This document shows, piece by piece, positions 46,129 to 56,201 of a DNA stretch of 64,000 bases. The stretch is from Bacteroidota bacterium. GTDB lineage: Bacteria > Bacteroidota > Bacteroidia > Flavobacteriales_D > UBA2798. The stretch is taken from assembly GCA_049322335.1 (NCBI GenBank), contig JBMORL010000100.1, forward strand, positions 3,723-67,722, in the 5' to 3' direction. The first letter of the stretch is position 1. Every line of letters starts with the position of its first letter. A program made the translations under genes and the position numbers. The notes below the pieces were generated by a model. That model made no database searches, had not been told where the DNA came from, and was given only the letters and a program-made list of their open reading frames with translations.

Positions 46129-46926
46129 ATGAGGAAATGGTTTACGATACTCCTGTTCTTTTTCTCAGCTGTTGGCTGGGCACAGGAGCAATTTACCGGG
46201 ACCATCCGTGTACGTAAGCCGCAGGACGTTACACCAAAAATAGCTGGTAAGGCAGGGGGAGTTATCACTCCCGAAGAATTTTGCATATCAGACGGTATTT
46301 ATGTTACCGCCAAAGGAGTAAAAGTCACTTCATTCGAAATTGCTTATGGTGATAACGAAAGTTTCGTGGAAGGACACCAGATGACGCCAGCCATTTGCTC
46401 GGCAGTAGCAAAAATTCAAACCGGGCAAAAAATTTCCATCTACAATATCAGGGCAAAAGATTCGCTGGGAAGGGAAGTTACACTTACTCCAATGCTGTTT
46501 GAGATAGCTAATAATTTTAATGAAGTAACCCAACCCAAAGAAGTTATCTCTGTCGAAAAAACATGGGGACTCGCGCATCTCGGAAAATTTTTTGGCACCA
46601 ACGAAACGATGGGCGATGGATTAACAAGAATTTATCTTGTTTTCAATTCTGATTATACGGTTTGGTATTTTCATCATAAAACCCATCCCAATGCCGTAAA
46701 AGCCATGATTGATTTTGAAAAAGCAGACGGGAAAAAAAATCACGGCACATTTGAGATCACCGATAACAAATACATAAAAGTGAATTTGGATGATTCACTT
46801 TTCAAATTCGACCTTGACGGGGAAATTCTTAAAACCGGGATAAAATTCACCATCACCACGCTTACGGAAGATGAAGGTAATTCCTTTTTCGTCATTCCGC
46901 TGGGAGATCGGTTGATCTGGGATTGA
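46129..46926 (+). CDS. Secreted protein with a GldM C-terminal-like domain
   Basis: Signal peptide; IAGKAGGVI...VTSFEI...GQKISIYNIRAKDSLG...LTPM. Confidence 0.62.
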   Translation: MRKWFTILLFFFSAVGWAQEQFTGTIRVRKPQDVTPKIAGKAGGVITPEEFCISDGIYVTAKGVKVTSFEIAYGDNESFVEGHQMTPAICSAVAKIQTGQKISIYNIRAKDSLGREVTLTPMLFEIANNFNEVTQPKEVISVEKTWGLAHLGKFFGTNETMGDGLTRIYLVFNSDYTVWYFHHKTHPNAVKAMIDFEKADGKKNHGTFEITDNKYIKVNLDDSLFKFDLDGEILKTGIKFTITTLTEDEGNSFFVIPLGDRLIWD

Positions 46927-47074
46927 GAATTGATTGTTAGAAACTAGTGGAGGGAAAATGGATAATACTTTTCCACTATTCCTCTCCTCCTCCGTGTATT
47001 TCTCTGCGTCCTCCGCGGTTTCTGTATTTCACACGAATTATGCAACGAAGAAAAACTAATACAATGAAAACCCA

Positions 47075-47944
47075 CTAACCCAGCTTACCGAAAACCATCC
47101 TCTCTTTTTCCTGCATATCTTTCACTACTTCCACTTCACCAAAGCCATTCTCTTCCATTAGCTGCTTCACATCCTTCGCAAAATTTTCATGTACTTCAAA
47201 AAATAATTTTCCATTCCTTTTCAGTTTTTCTTTTGCAAAAAGAGAAATGGCTATGTAAAATTTTAAGGGCTCGTTATCTGGTGAAAAAAGAGCAATATGC
47301 GGTTCAAAATCCACTACGTTTTTGTGAAGAATATTTTTTTCCTTTTCGGGAATATAGGGCGGATTGCTTATAATAATATCCGCTTTTCCTTCCATAACAT
47401 CTTTCCCTGATAAAATATCATGATGAAAAAACTGTATTTCCACTCCGTTTATCTCCGCATTTTTTTTCGCCACCACCAGTGCAGCTTCCGAAACGTCCGT
47501 AGCCATCACCACCGAATCAGGAATAGTTTTTTTAAGTGCTGCAGGAATACATCCCGAACCTGTTCCTATATCAAGAATCACCGGTGAAGAAAGATGATTT
47601 TTTTTGCAATCATTTATAACAAGATGCACCAGTTCTTCCGTTTCCGGACGCGGGATAAGTACCGATTCGTTCACAAAGAATTTCAATCCGTAAAATTCCG
47701 TTTCACCTAACACATATTGCAAAGGTTTCCCGGTTTTTAATTCTTTCAGTGCAAAATGAAATTTCAGCAGCTCGGATTCTGAAAGCCCGGTATTTTCATT
47801 TTCTTTCAGCTGAAACCGGTTCCAGTTTTTGAAATGCTGAAAAACCAGGAAAGTGATATTTTCGGCCTCGCGGGAGTCGTATAATTTTTCCAGTTCATTG
47901 ATAAAAATCATCCGTATGTGGCCTGACTGGTTGGTGGAAAACAT
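47075..47944 (-). CDS. prmC: Release factor glutamine methyltransferase PrmC/HemK
   Basis: PLQYVLG, VLIPRPETEEL, LDIGTGSGCI, SNPPY. Confidence 0.96.
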   Translation of the reverse strand: MFSTNQSGHIRMIFINELEKLYDSREAENITFLVFQHFKNWNRFQLKENENTGLSESELLKFHFALKELKTGKPLQYVLGETEFYGLKFFVNESVLIPRPETEELVHLVINDCKKNHLSSPVILDIGTGSGCIPAALKKTIPDSVVMATDVSEAALVVAKKNAEINGVEIQFFHHDILSGKDVMEGKADIIISNPPYIPEKEKNILHKNVVDFEPHIALFSPDNEPLKFYIAISLFAKEKLKRNGKLFFEVHENFAKDVKQLMEENGFGEVEVVKDMQEKERMVFGKLG

Positions 47945-48017
47945 GTTAAATACCCCTTTGGGATAGTAAATTTGCAAAGAAAGTTTAACATTCGGTTGAA
48001 ATTCCTATATTAGTCCT

Positions 48018-49070
48018 GTGAATCAGCACGAACCCTTCATGCAGCGATGTTTCAGCCTGGCTTCCAAAGGCCTGGGAATGGTGGCGCCTAACCCTATTGT
48101 GGGAGCGGTGATCGTTCATGAAGGTAAAATTATTGCCGATGGACACCATTATGTTTATGGCGGCCCGCATGCCGAAGTGGTGGCCATACGCAATGTGTTG
48201 TTCGAAGAAATGGAATTGCTCCCCCACTCTACTTTGTATGTTAACCTTGAGCCTTGTTCGCATTTTGGAAAAACTCCGCCCTGCACGAATTTAATTTTGG
48301 AACATAATATTCCGCGGGTAGTGATCTCGTGTATTGATACCAACGAAAAAGTAGCCGGAAAAGGAGTGGAAAAGTTACAACAAGCCGGTGTGGAAGTTAC
48401 AACCGGTGTTCTCGAAAAAGAAGGAAGATTGCTGAACCGCAGATTTTTTACCTGCACCGAAAAAAAACGTCCCTACATCATTCTCAAATGGGCGCAAACC
48501 GCTGACGGTTATATTGACAAGGAAAGGACAGAAAACACTCCGCACCAGAATAAAATTTCAGGTGAACCCGCATTGAAAATGGTACACCAGTGGAGAACAG
48601 AAGAAGCGGCCATTCTCGTTGGAAAAAATACCATCCTCAACGACAATCCGCTGCTCACCGCACGTGAACAACCGGGAAGACAACCGTTGAGAGTGGTAAT
48701 CGATAAAAACCTGGAGATATCTCCTTTGTTCAACGTATTTAACCCTGATGCAAAAACACTTGTTTTCAATGCAGTGAAAGACCAGCAAATGGGACAGGTT
48801 AGTTTCAAAAAAATCGATTTCACCGATCCGTTGGCTGAAATCCTGTCTGCGTTATATGATATGGAAATTCAAAGCGTGATGGTGGAAGGTGGAAGATTTA
48901 CCCTCGATCGTTTCATTGAACATGATCTTTGGGATGAAGTGCGCGTGCTGACCAATAAAAAATTATTCTATAAAGGATTGAAAGCACCTGTTTTCAATGT
49001 TATTCCTGCGGCCGTTACCAAGGCTGGTGAAGATATGTTGTCGGTTTACTATAACAAACTGCTGAAGTGA
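48018..49070 (+). CDS. ribD: Bifunctional riboflavin biosynthesis deaminase/reductase
   Basis: PNPIVGAV, HAE, LEPCSHFGKTPPC, VMVEGG. Confidence 0.97.
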   Translation: MNQHEPFMQRCFSLASKGLGMVAPNPIVGAVIVHEGKIIADGHHYVYGGPHAEVVAIRNVLFEEMELLPHSTLYVNLEPCSHFGKTPPCTNLILEHNIPRVVISCIDTNEKVAGKGVEKLQQAGVEVTTGVLEKEGRLLNRRFFTCTEKKRPYIILKWAQTADGYIDKERTENTPHQNKISGEPALKMVHQWRTEEAAILVGKNTILNDNPLLTAREQPGRQPLRVVIDKNLEISPLFNVFNPDAKTLVFNAVKDQQMGQVSFKKIDFTDPLAEILSALYDMEIQSVMVEGGRFTLDRFIEHDLWDEVRVLTNKKLFYKGLKAPVFNVIPAAVTKAGEDMLSVYYNKLLK

Positions 49071-49936
49071 TTTTTCTTTTTCTCAGCATATTTTTTTCTA
49101 CCATTCTTCTTGTGTATTTCAAGTTTTTTGAAAAATACAGGGTGAATTTATTGCAAGCCATTGTTTTTAATTACATCACTGCTTCCGTCACCGGTTTTCT
49201 TATGAGCGGAATCACTCCCGAGCCTCAGAAATGGCTCGCCTCTCCCTGGTTTTTTTATGCTGCACTTATCGGATTGATTTTTATTGTCCTCTTTTTTATC
49301 CTGGGAGTAAGCTCGCAAAAAGCAGGCATCACCATTACATCTGTAGCCAACAAAATGTCGCTGGTGATACCCGTTACTATTGCGTTTATCCTGTATAACG
49401 AACCGGTGACTGCTTATAAGATAGCCGGTATTGCTCTTGCATTGGCAGGAATCTGGTTTACCTCTCAAAAATCCGGAGCATCCTTACTTACTGATAAACG
49501 TTCATTGTTGCTTCCCCTGCTTATTTTTGCAGGAAGCGGTATCTCGGATGCATTGATCAATCACGTGAATAAAAACTTTTCACTGATGGTCACCCCCGAA
49601 TATTTCACTGCTGTTCTTTTCACCTCCAGCGCCTTTTTCGGAATAATTTTCCTGAGCTTCGACCTGCTGAACAGAAAAAATAAATTACAACTGAAAAATA
49701 TCCTGTGGGGAATCGCATTGGGAGTTCCCAACTATTTTTCCATTCACTTTCTGTTTTTAGCGTTAAAAGAATCTCCCTGGGACAGTTCGGTAGTGTATCC
49801 GCTCAACAACATGGGAATCGTAGTGCTTTCCGCCTTATTCGGAATAGCTATTTATAAAGAACGTTTTTCCATTGTCAACTGGATCGGTATTCTTATTTCA
49901 ATAGCCGCTATCGCCATAATTTCTTTCGGGCAATGA
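49067..49936 (+). CDS. EamA/DMT family transporter
   Basis: About 10 TM helices, duplicated halves, KMSLVIPV. Confidence 0.85.
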   Translation: MIFLFLSIFFSTILLVYFKFFEKYRVNLLQAIVFNYITASVTGFLMSGITPEPQKWLASPWFFYAALIGLIFIVLFFILGVSSQKAGITITSVANKMSLVIPVTIAFILYNEPVTAYKIAGIALALAGIWFTSQKSGASLLTDKRSLLLPLLIFAGSGISDALINHVNKNFSLMVTPEYFTAVLFTSSAFFGIIFLSFDLLNRKNKLQLKNILWGIALGVPNYFSIHFLFLALKESPWDSSVVYPLNNMGIVVLSALFGIAIYKERFSIVNWIGILISIAAIAIISFGQ

Positions 49937-50532
49937 TCACCACCTATAAAACCATAGCGTTTAAAAGTGAAGGATTGTATAAGGAAAAAGGAAGTAAATT
50001 CATCGCTTATGCATTCCCCGTTAGTAGTGAAAAGGAAATAAAAGAAATAGTAGCGACATTAAAAAAAGAATTTCACGATGCCCGCCACCATTGTTTCGCT
50101 TTCCGGCTGGGCGCAGATATGAATTTTTTTCGCAGTAATGATGATGGCGAACCTTCGGGAACAGCAGGAAAACCCATCCTCGGACAAATTCAATCGTTTG
50201 GTGTTACTAATGTGCTGATTGTTGTGGTTCGCTACTTTGGCGGAACCAAACTGGGCGTTGGCGGACTTATTCAGGCTTATCGTGAAGCGGCAAAGGATGC
50301 GCTGGCAAAAGCAGAAATAATCGAAAAAAATGTGGAGAAACAGTATGAACTGGAATTCAGCTACGAACAACTACCGGAAGTGATGAAAACACTAAAATCA
50401 GTGAATGCCGGCATTACAAAACAGGAAACCGGTGAAAAATACCTGCTTTTTTGTTCCGTTTCCCTTATAAACAGCCCGGTTTTCGAAGAAAAATTAAAGC
50501 GATTGCCTAACTTTGAAATGAAATTCCACTGA
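49933..50532 (+). CDS. yigZ: YigZ/IMPACT family protein
   Basis: KGSKFIA, DDGEPSGTAGKP, VVRYFGGTKLGVGGL. Confidence 0.93.
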   Translation: MITTYKTIAFKSEGLYKEKGSKFIAYAFPVSSEKEIKEIVATLKKEFHDARHHCFAFRLGADMNFFRSNDDGEPSGTAGKPILGQIQSFGVTNVLIVVVRYFGGTKLGVGGLIQAYREAAKDALAKAEIIEKNVEKQYELEFSYEQLPEVMKTLKSVNAGITKQETGEKYLLFCSVSLINSPVFEEKLKRLPNFEMKFH

Positions 50533-50535
50533 ATA

Positions 50536-52230
50536 ATGCGGTATTTTCTGCTCCTGCTAATGTTTTCTGCCACAACGGTTTTTTCGCAATCGTTTAAATC
50601 GTCATTGCCTGACATTACTACTGAAGAAAAAACACCCCCCCTGTTACAGGAAAAAGTGTTTTACGGAACAGATGCTTTTATTATTGAAAAAAAACTGGAA
50701 GAACGTTTTCACTGCCAGTTGAAACAAGACTATTTTATTGAAAGTCCCTATGCGTTGCATTATACGTTCCGTCAAACCGTCAGCGAAATTCCGGTTTATG
50801 GAAAATTTATAAAGATCAATCTTGACAAAGCAGGAAATTCAGTTTCGTTATCCGTCCAATTATCCTGTTCTCCTGTTGCTGCTTCAGTTCAAACAGGAAA
50901 TGTTTGGATAGAAAAAGAAAATAAATTAATTCCGGGAATAAAAAAAATAATTTGTTATGACCAGTTTTGCGAGGACATTGTTTATGGCCAAAATGGTGAA
51001 ATAATAAGCAGAATTCCATTGAGTTTATCTAAAACAAAAGGAAGAAGTACAGACACCACCATTTCTGTCACCGTTTTTATTCCCGATCCGCTTACATCGG
51101 CCAATGTGAATTATGGCGCACCTTATTCCGATCAGAATAATGCAGAAGTAACCGAACTGAACGCACAATTGTTTCCGTCAGCCACCACCGGTTCTATTTC
51201 CAATGATACATTTTACCTCGAAAATTCATTTGTAAAAATTACCGACCACAGTTTACCTTCCGTTGCCCCACCGTGGAGTATGAATTCTTCTTTTCTTTTC
51301 ACAAGAGGAAACGCGAATTTCGAAGAAACCCATATTTTGTTTCATATCACCCGGCAGCAGCAATGGATACAATTACTGGGTTTTACCAATCTCGTCAACT
51401 ACCAGATTCATGCTGATGCACACGGATTAAATGGTGCAGACAATTCCAATTTTAATCCCGCTTCTTCTCCACCGCGGCTTACATTTGGTGACGGAGGCGT
51501 TGATGATGGCGAAGATGCCGATGTTATTCTCCACGAATACGCGCATGCCGTTAGTTACTCGGCAGCACCCGGAACAACCGTGGGAAATGAACGCCTTGCC
51601 ATTGAAGAAGGAAACGCTGATTATTTTGCCGCTTCCTGGTCCAAAAGCATCGATCCGTATAACTGGCAAAATGTGTATTCGTGGGACGGACACAATGAAT
51701 TCTGGGCCGGAAGAATGGTGCAAAGTATCAAAACCTATCCCGCAGATATTACCGGTAATTTTTACCAGGATGCGGAAATATGGTCATCAACACTGATGCA
51801 GATATGGGATGACATCGGCAGAACCAACACCGACCGAATACTGCTGCAATCCCTTTACAGTTATACTTCCAACATGACTATGCCACAGGCCGCCACATTA
51901 TTTATTCAGGCTGACAGCTTATTGAACGGTGGTGCCAATTATATTGCTATCTGCACCCGTTTTTCTGATCGTGGAATTTTAAACTGTCCGCTTGAAATTT
52001 CTGAACAAAATAATGATTCGCCTGTTATTTTGTTTAACAACGGACTTGAAGTAATCTTTCCATCCTCCACACTTTCAGAGATCATGATTTATGATATTAC
52101 CGGAAAACTGGTTTTGCAGAAAAAATATAATTCGGACAAACTAATTATCCAATTACCCGAAACCGGTGTTTATATTGCTAAAGTTTTATTTGAAGGAAAA
52201 GTGCTGCACACGAAATTCGTACAATTATGA
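50536..52230 (+). CDS. M4/M36-like metallopeptidase with T9SS type-A CTD
   Basis: DADVILHEYAH, EGNADY; IYDITGKLV...GVYI CTD. Confidence 0.87.
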   Translation: MRYFLLLLMFSATTVFSQSFKSSLPDITTEEKTPPLLQEKVFYGTDAFIIEKKLEERFHCQLKQDYFIESPYALHYTFRQTVSEIPVYGKFIKINLDKAGNSVSLSVQLSCSPVAASVQTGNVWIEKENKLIPGIKKIICYDQFCEDIVYGQNGEIISRIPLSLSKTKGRSTDTTISVTVFIPDPLTSANVNYGAPYSDQNNAEVTELNAQLFPSATTGSISNDTFYLENSFVKITDHSLPSVAPPWSMNSSFLFTRGNANFEETHILFHITRQQQWIQLLGFTNLVNYQIHADAHGLNGADNSNFNPASSPPRLTFGDGGVDDGEDADVILHEYAHAVSYSAAPGTTVGNERLAIEEGNADYFAASWSKSIDPYNWQNVYSWDGHNEFWAGRMVQSIKTYPADITGNFYQDAEIWSSTLMQIWDDIGRTNTDRILLQSLYSYTSNMTMPQAATLFIQADSLLNGGANYIAICTRFSDRGILNCPLEISEQNNDSPVILFNNGLEVIFPSSTLSEIMIYDITGKLVLQKKYNSDKLIIQLPETGVYIAKVLFEGKVLHTKFVQL

Positions 52231-53150
52231 GATTACTTAAACAATTATGTTCCATACAGGCCACCAGCGGAGACGAATCGGCCATGGCAGACTTTTTGCT
52301 CGATTATATAAAGAAAAATTCGAAAAACTGGAAAGTAAAACCGGTGATTTACTCAGGTGAACAGTGGCAGGAAAACATTATTCTTGTATTCGGCCAACCG
52401 AAAACAGCTGTTTATGCGCATATCGATTCCATTGGCTATACAACGGGGTACAACCGCAACCTGATCAAAATAGGCGGCCCGCATAATATAGACGGAACAA
52501 AACTCGTTGGAAAAGATTCGAAGGGAAAAATTGAAGCCGAACTGATGGTAATAGAAAACCAGGATGGCTCGCGCACACTGGAATATTTATTTAAACGCGA
52601 TATTGAAAGGGGAACTCCGCTTACATTCAAACCCAACTGGCGGGAGACAAAAGATTTTGTGCAATGCTGTTACATGGACAACCGTCTTGGTGTTTGGACT
52701 GCGCTAAAAATGGCAGGAACACTGGAAAACGGGGCAATCGTTTTTTCCACTTATGAAGAACATGGCGGAGGATCGGTGGGATACATTGCGCGTTTTCTGC
52801 AGGAGAAATACGGTATCAGGCAGTCACTTGTAGCTGATATCACGTGGGTGACCAAAGGCGTAAAACACGGAAAAGGTGTAGCTGTTTCCATGCGCGATTC
52901 GGGAATACCCAGAAGAAAATTTGTAAACCGGATCATTACTCTCGCAAAAAAAAGTAAAATTCCGTTTCAGCTGGAAGTGGAAAGTGCGGGAGGAAGCGAT
53001 GGTACCGAGATCCAGAAAAGCAATAACATCATCGACTGGTGTTTTATTGGCGCTCCCGAAGACCATGTACATTCTCCTGATGAGATCGTACACAAAAAAG
53101 ATATCAAAGCCATGGTGGATTTATACATTTACCTGATGAAACATTTATAA
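52227..53150 (+). CDS. M42/M20/M28-clan metallopeptidase
   Basis: AHIDSIG, DNRLG, EEHG, GGSDG, HSPDE. Confidence 0.87.
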   Translation: MRLLKQLCSIQATSGDESAMADFLLDYIKKNSKNWKVKPVIYSGEQWQENIILVFGQPKTAVYAHIDSIGYTTGYNRNLIKIGGPHNIDGTKLVGKDSKGKIEAELMVIENQDGSRTLEYLFKRDIERGTPLTFKPNWRETKDFVQCCYMDNRLGVWTALKMAGTLENGAIVFSTYEEHGGGSVGYIARFLQEKYGIRQSLVADITWVTKGVKHGKGVAVSMRDSGIPRRKFVNRIITLAKKSKIPFQLEVESAGGSDGTEIQKSNNIIDWCFIGAPEDHVHSPDEIVHKKDIKAMVDLYIYLMKHL

Positions 53151-54010
53151 TGGAAAAAGTAAAAATCATAGAATGTCCGCGCGATGCCATGCAAGGCATA
53201 ACGGAATTTATTCCCACCGAAAAAAAAATCAGCTACATCAATCAATTACTGAAATGCGGCTTCGACACCATTGACTTCGGAAGTTTTGTCAGCCCGAAAG
53301 CCATTCCGCAGATGCGTGATACTGCTGAAGTACTGGAGTCGTTAGACCTCGGAGCAGGCAATTCAAAACTACTGGCCATTGTAGCCAACACCCGCGGAGC
53401 AGAAGACGCCTGCCGTTTTGAGGAAATAGACTTTCTTGGTTTTCCCTTTTCCATTTCCGAAACCTTCCAGCAGCGAAATACCAACTCTTCTATTGCTGAA
53501 TCGATGGTGCGTGTGCAGGAAATTCAGAACCTTTGTGTAAAACACAACAAGCAATTAGTCGTTTACATTTCCATGGCTTTCGGAAATCCCTATGGCGACC
53601 CCTGGAACAGTGATGTGGCTCTTCACTGGGTGAAAGAACTGCACGAAAAACAGGGGATAAAAATTATGGCACTTTCTGATACCATAGGTGTATCCGATCC
53701 GGAAAACATCCGTTATATGTTCAGCTCGCTGATTCCCGCTTTCGGAAAAGTAGAATTCGGGGCGCACCTGCATACTACTCCTGATAAATGGGAAGAAAAA
53801 GTTCATGCTGCCTGGCAATCGGGATGCAGGCGTTTTGACGGAGCCATAAAAGGATTCGGAGGATGTCCTATGGCAACAGATAAACTAACGGGCAATATGC
53901 CTACCGAGCAGATGTTAATTTATTTTAACAAACATAAAATTGAAACCGGGGTAAGTGAAAAAGAATTCGCTGCAGCAATGGCTATGACAGGAGAAGTTTT
54001 TCCGCATTGA
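53150..54010 (+). CDS. Hydroxymethylglutaryl-CoA lyase
   Basis: ECPRDAMQ, GSFVSPKAIPQM, SDTIG, HLH, GGCPMA, GNMPTE. Confidence 0.93.
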   Translation: MEKVKIIECPRDAMQGITEFIPTEKKISYINQLLKCGFDTIDFGSFVSPKAIPQMRDTAEVLESLDLGAGNSKLLAIVANTRGAEDACRFEEIDFLGFPFSISETFQQRNTNSSIAESMVRVQEIQNLCVKHNKQLVVYISMAFGNPYGDPWNSDVALHWVKELHEKQGIKIMALSDTIGVSDPENIRYMFSSLIPAFGKVEFGAHLHTTPDKWEEKVHAAWQSGCRRFDGAIKGFGGCPMATDKLTGNMPTEQMLIYFNKHKIETGVSEKEFAAAMAMTGEVFPH

Positions 54011-54063
54011 ACCTTTCAGGTTAAAAATCCGTATAAATATTGTGAATATTATTAAACACATCA

Positions 54064-54143
54064 TTCTGCGAAAGTCTGCGCCATCAGCGGGAAACCAATA
54101 CACCCGGATTTTTCTCCCGCAGATGACGCAGATTCGCGCAGAA
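54064..54143. repeat. REP-like imperfect inverted repeat built of 10-bp TCTGCG units
   Basis: TTCTGCGAAAGTCTGCGCCATCAGCGGGA pairs with TCCCGCAGATGACGCAGATTCGCGCAGAA. Confidence 0.75.
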
Positions 54144-54812
54144 AAATTTTTGTTTTTTTCTATACTCTTCCTGTATTTTTTCCTTTATACTACTTCTTCC
54201 GATGCCCAGCGGCTTTACAGTACACGAAAAGGATCTGGAAATTGTTTTTGTGATGCGGCATCAAAAAACAAGGGCAGCTGGTATGTATCCCTCACATTTC
54301 AACCGGCTATGAATTTTTATTCGGGTGATGTGCAGAATGAAAACAAAACTACATTGGCGCCCGGATTAAAGATCGGTACCAATATCTCCAAAAAAGTTTC
54401 TGTGCAGTCAGGAGTAGATTATTACAGCATTTCAGGTGTCAACCGCGATGATTTTTACACCAAAGGAGATTTCACTTATCTTGATATTCCGGTTACATTC
54501 ATTATCCGTTTTCCCAATGAAAAAAACGGGTTTATTCCTTATCTCGGCATCAGCGGGATCAATAACCTGCATCTGAAACAACGATATTATTTCGACCCCG
54601 ATACTGGTCAAACCGAAATTGTAAATGGAATCTCTTATAATACTTTTTATGCCGGCCTTCACGGGGGAATGTTTTTTGTACTGAAGAATAATCTTTCCTT
54701 CTTCACCGAAGTAAATGTCCGCCAGTCGCTGGCCGGAATGGGCAAAACCGGGGCCGTTGATAATTATGTTAATCAGGCCGGACTCGGACTGGGTTTCAAT
54801 TTCCACTTTTAA
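54123..54812 (+). CDS. Outer-membrane beta-barrel (porin-like) protein
   Basis: Signal peptide, YLDIPV, terminal LGLGFNFHF; start uncertain (54042 GTG or 54123 ATG). Confidence 0.75.
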   Translation: MTQIRAEKFLFFSILFLYFFLYTTSSDAQRLYSTRKGSGNCFCDAASKNKGSWYVSLTFQPAMNFYSGDVQNENKTTLAPGLKIGTNISKKVSVQSGVDYYSISGVNRDDFYTKGDFTYLDIPVTFIIRFPNEKNGFIPYLGISGINNLHLKQRYYFDPDTGQTEIVNGISYNTFYAGLHGGMFFVLKNNLSFFTEVNVRQSLAGMGKTGAVDNYVNQAGLGLGFNFHF

Positions 54813-54841
54813 CGTTATTTTTGTTTTCTAAAACAACATAA

Positions 54842-55456
54842 ATGAAGCGAGCCGGTTTCTTATTCATGGTCGTATGGTTTTTTGCCTCCTGTTCGGGAGA
54901 AGAAAAAAAGAAACCTGTTAGCAGCAGCGGGGTTCCTTTTAAATCAGAAAAAATTCTTATTGATACTGCCTTTCCTCCATTTGAAAGTGATTCCATTTCA
55001 CTTGTGCTGGAACAAATAGGAGTTTGCCTTGCCACTGCCGACACCACTCTTCCCGATTCCATCCAATTACCTTTGTGCCGCCACGACTGGTTCCGGATTT
55101 TCAGGAACACAAAAAATCCATCGTGGAGAGCCGGTTTTATTCTCGAAATAAAAGAGGGAATTTATTCACATGTGCCGCAGGTGATAAATGTCGTTCCTGC
55201 AGGAAACGGGAAATTTAAAGTCACCAATTCCTACAAAGGCGAATTACTCGAAATGCGTACCACACCCGGTGGCTGCTTCGATCTGATCATCCGTTATATT
55301 GATTCCGCTATCGGCACCCTGGCTATTTTACATGAATGGAATAATAATAAATACATACCGGTAACCGTAGTGGAAATAAACGACCGTTTTGTAAAAGAAG
55401 AAAAAATGGATTCCCTGAACAGCATTTACATTGATAATTTTGTTTGGGGATACTAG
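54842..55456 (+). CDS. Hypothetical lipoprotein
   Basis: Lipobox FASC; open 204-codon ORF in operon orientation. Confidence 0.72.
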   Translation: MKRAGFLFMVVWFFASCSGEEKKKPVSSSGVPFKSEKILIDTAFPPFESDSISLVLEQIGVCLATADTTLPDSIQLPLCRHDWFRIFRNTKNPSWRAGFILEIKEGIYSHVPQVINVVPAGNGKFKVTNSYKGELLEMRTTPGGCFDLIIRYIDSAIGTLAILHEWNNNKYIPVTVVEINDRFVKEEKMDSLNSIYIDNFVWGY

Positions 55457-55589
55457 TCAGTGGGCAGGCGGCAGTGGGCAGTAGGAAGCAGGAAGAATGT
55501 CTATAGAAATTTTTATTTGAAAATAACGTAATGAAACACATACTCTTATTTATACCGGGAACTGCAGACTGCCAACTGAAGACTGAAAA
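55457..55589. repeat. Opposed heptamer tracts (GGCAGTG ... ACTGCCA) around an AT-rich spacer
   Basis: cagtggg caggcgg cagtggg cagtagg at 55458-55485 and actgcag actgcca actgaag actgaaa at 55561-55588. Confidence 0.68.
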
Positions 55590-56201
55590 TTGCGTTTCGA
55601 ATCTAAAATAGCGGTTACAGGAATACTCACCTGGGTGGTATTCGGTTTGTTTAACCTGTTTGGACAACCGGGAGAATTTGTTCCGCCTTTGTTTTTCGAT
55701 TATTTGTTTTTGTGCGGACTTACTATTGTTTTTCTCTACCGGCTAAAACCCGGACTCGATTTTTTTTCCATCACGGGACTTTGTTTTTCACTTACCATTG
55801 CCGGACTCATTGAATATGGTATTGAAGCGGTTCATCCACTTGCCGTAACGGCTATTATTGTTCTTGTTCTTTCTTTCATTTTCAATGCTGCTTCGGTATT
55901 GATGGAGCTTAAAAACTTTACTTCGGGGATGAAATTTATCACCGCTCTTTTTTACTTTCTTCTTACCGGTTTCTGTACAAGTTTTTTTATTCTTGCTTCA
56001 AAAGATATCATTGACAAACCAGTTGCATTCGATCTGATGCCCTGGTTTTATTGGTCTACAGGATTGATAGCAGCGTTACTTACATCAGTTCCGGCCTACA
56101 ACCGCCAGCTAAATACCGGTCAAATTCGTTTTTTCACCCTTATTTATCTCTCCGCCTTTTTTGATTTCATGACCTGGTTTTCCTTAAATCTTTTGCGATG
56201 A
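55590..56201 (+). CDS. Hypothetical multi-pass membrane protein
   Basis: 6-7 hydrophobic segments; ATGA overlap with the next gene. Confidence 0.65.
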   Translation: MRFESKIAVTGILTWVVFGLFNLFGQPGEFVPPLFFDYLFLCGLTIVFLYRLKPGLDFFSITGLCFSLTIAGLIEYGIEAVHPLAVTAIIVLVLSFIFNAASVLMELKNFTSGMKFITALFYFLLTGFCTSFFILASKDIIDKPVAFDLMPWFYWSTGLIAALLTSVPAYNRQLNTGQIRFFTLIYLSAFFDFMTWFSLNLLR

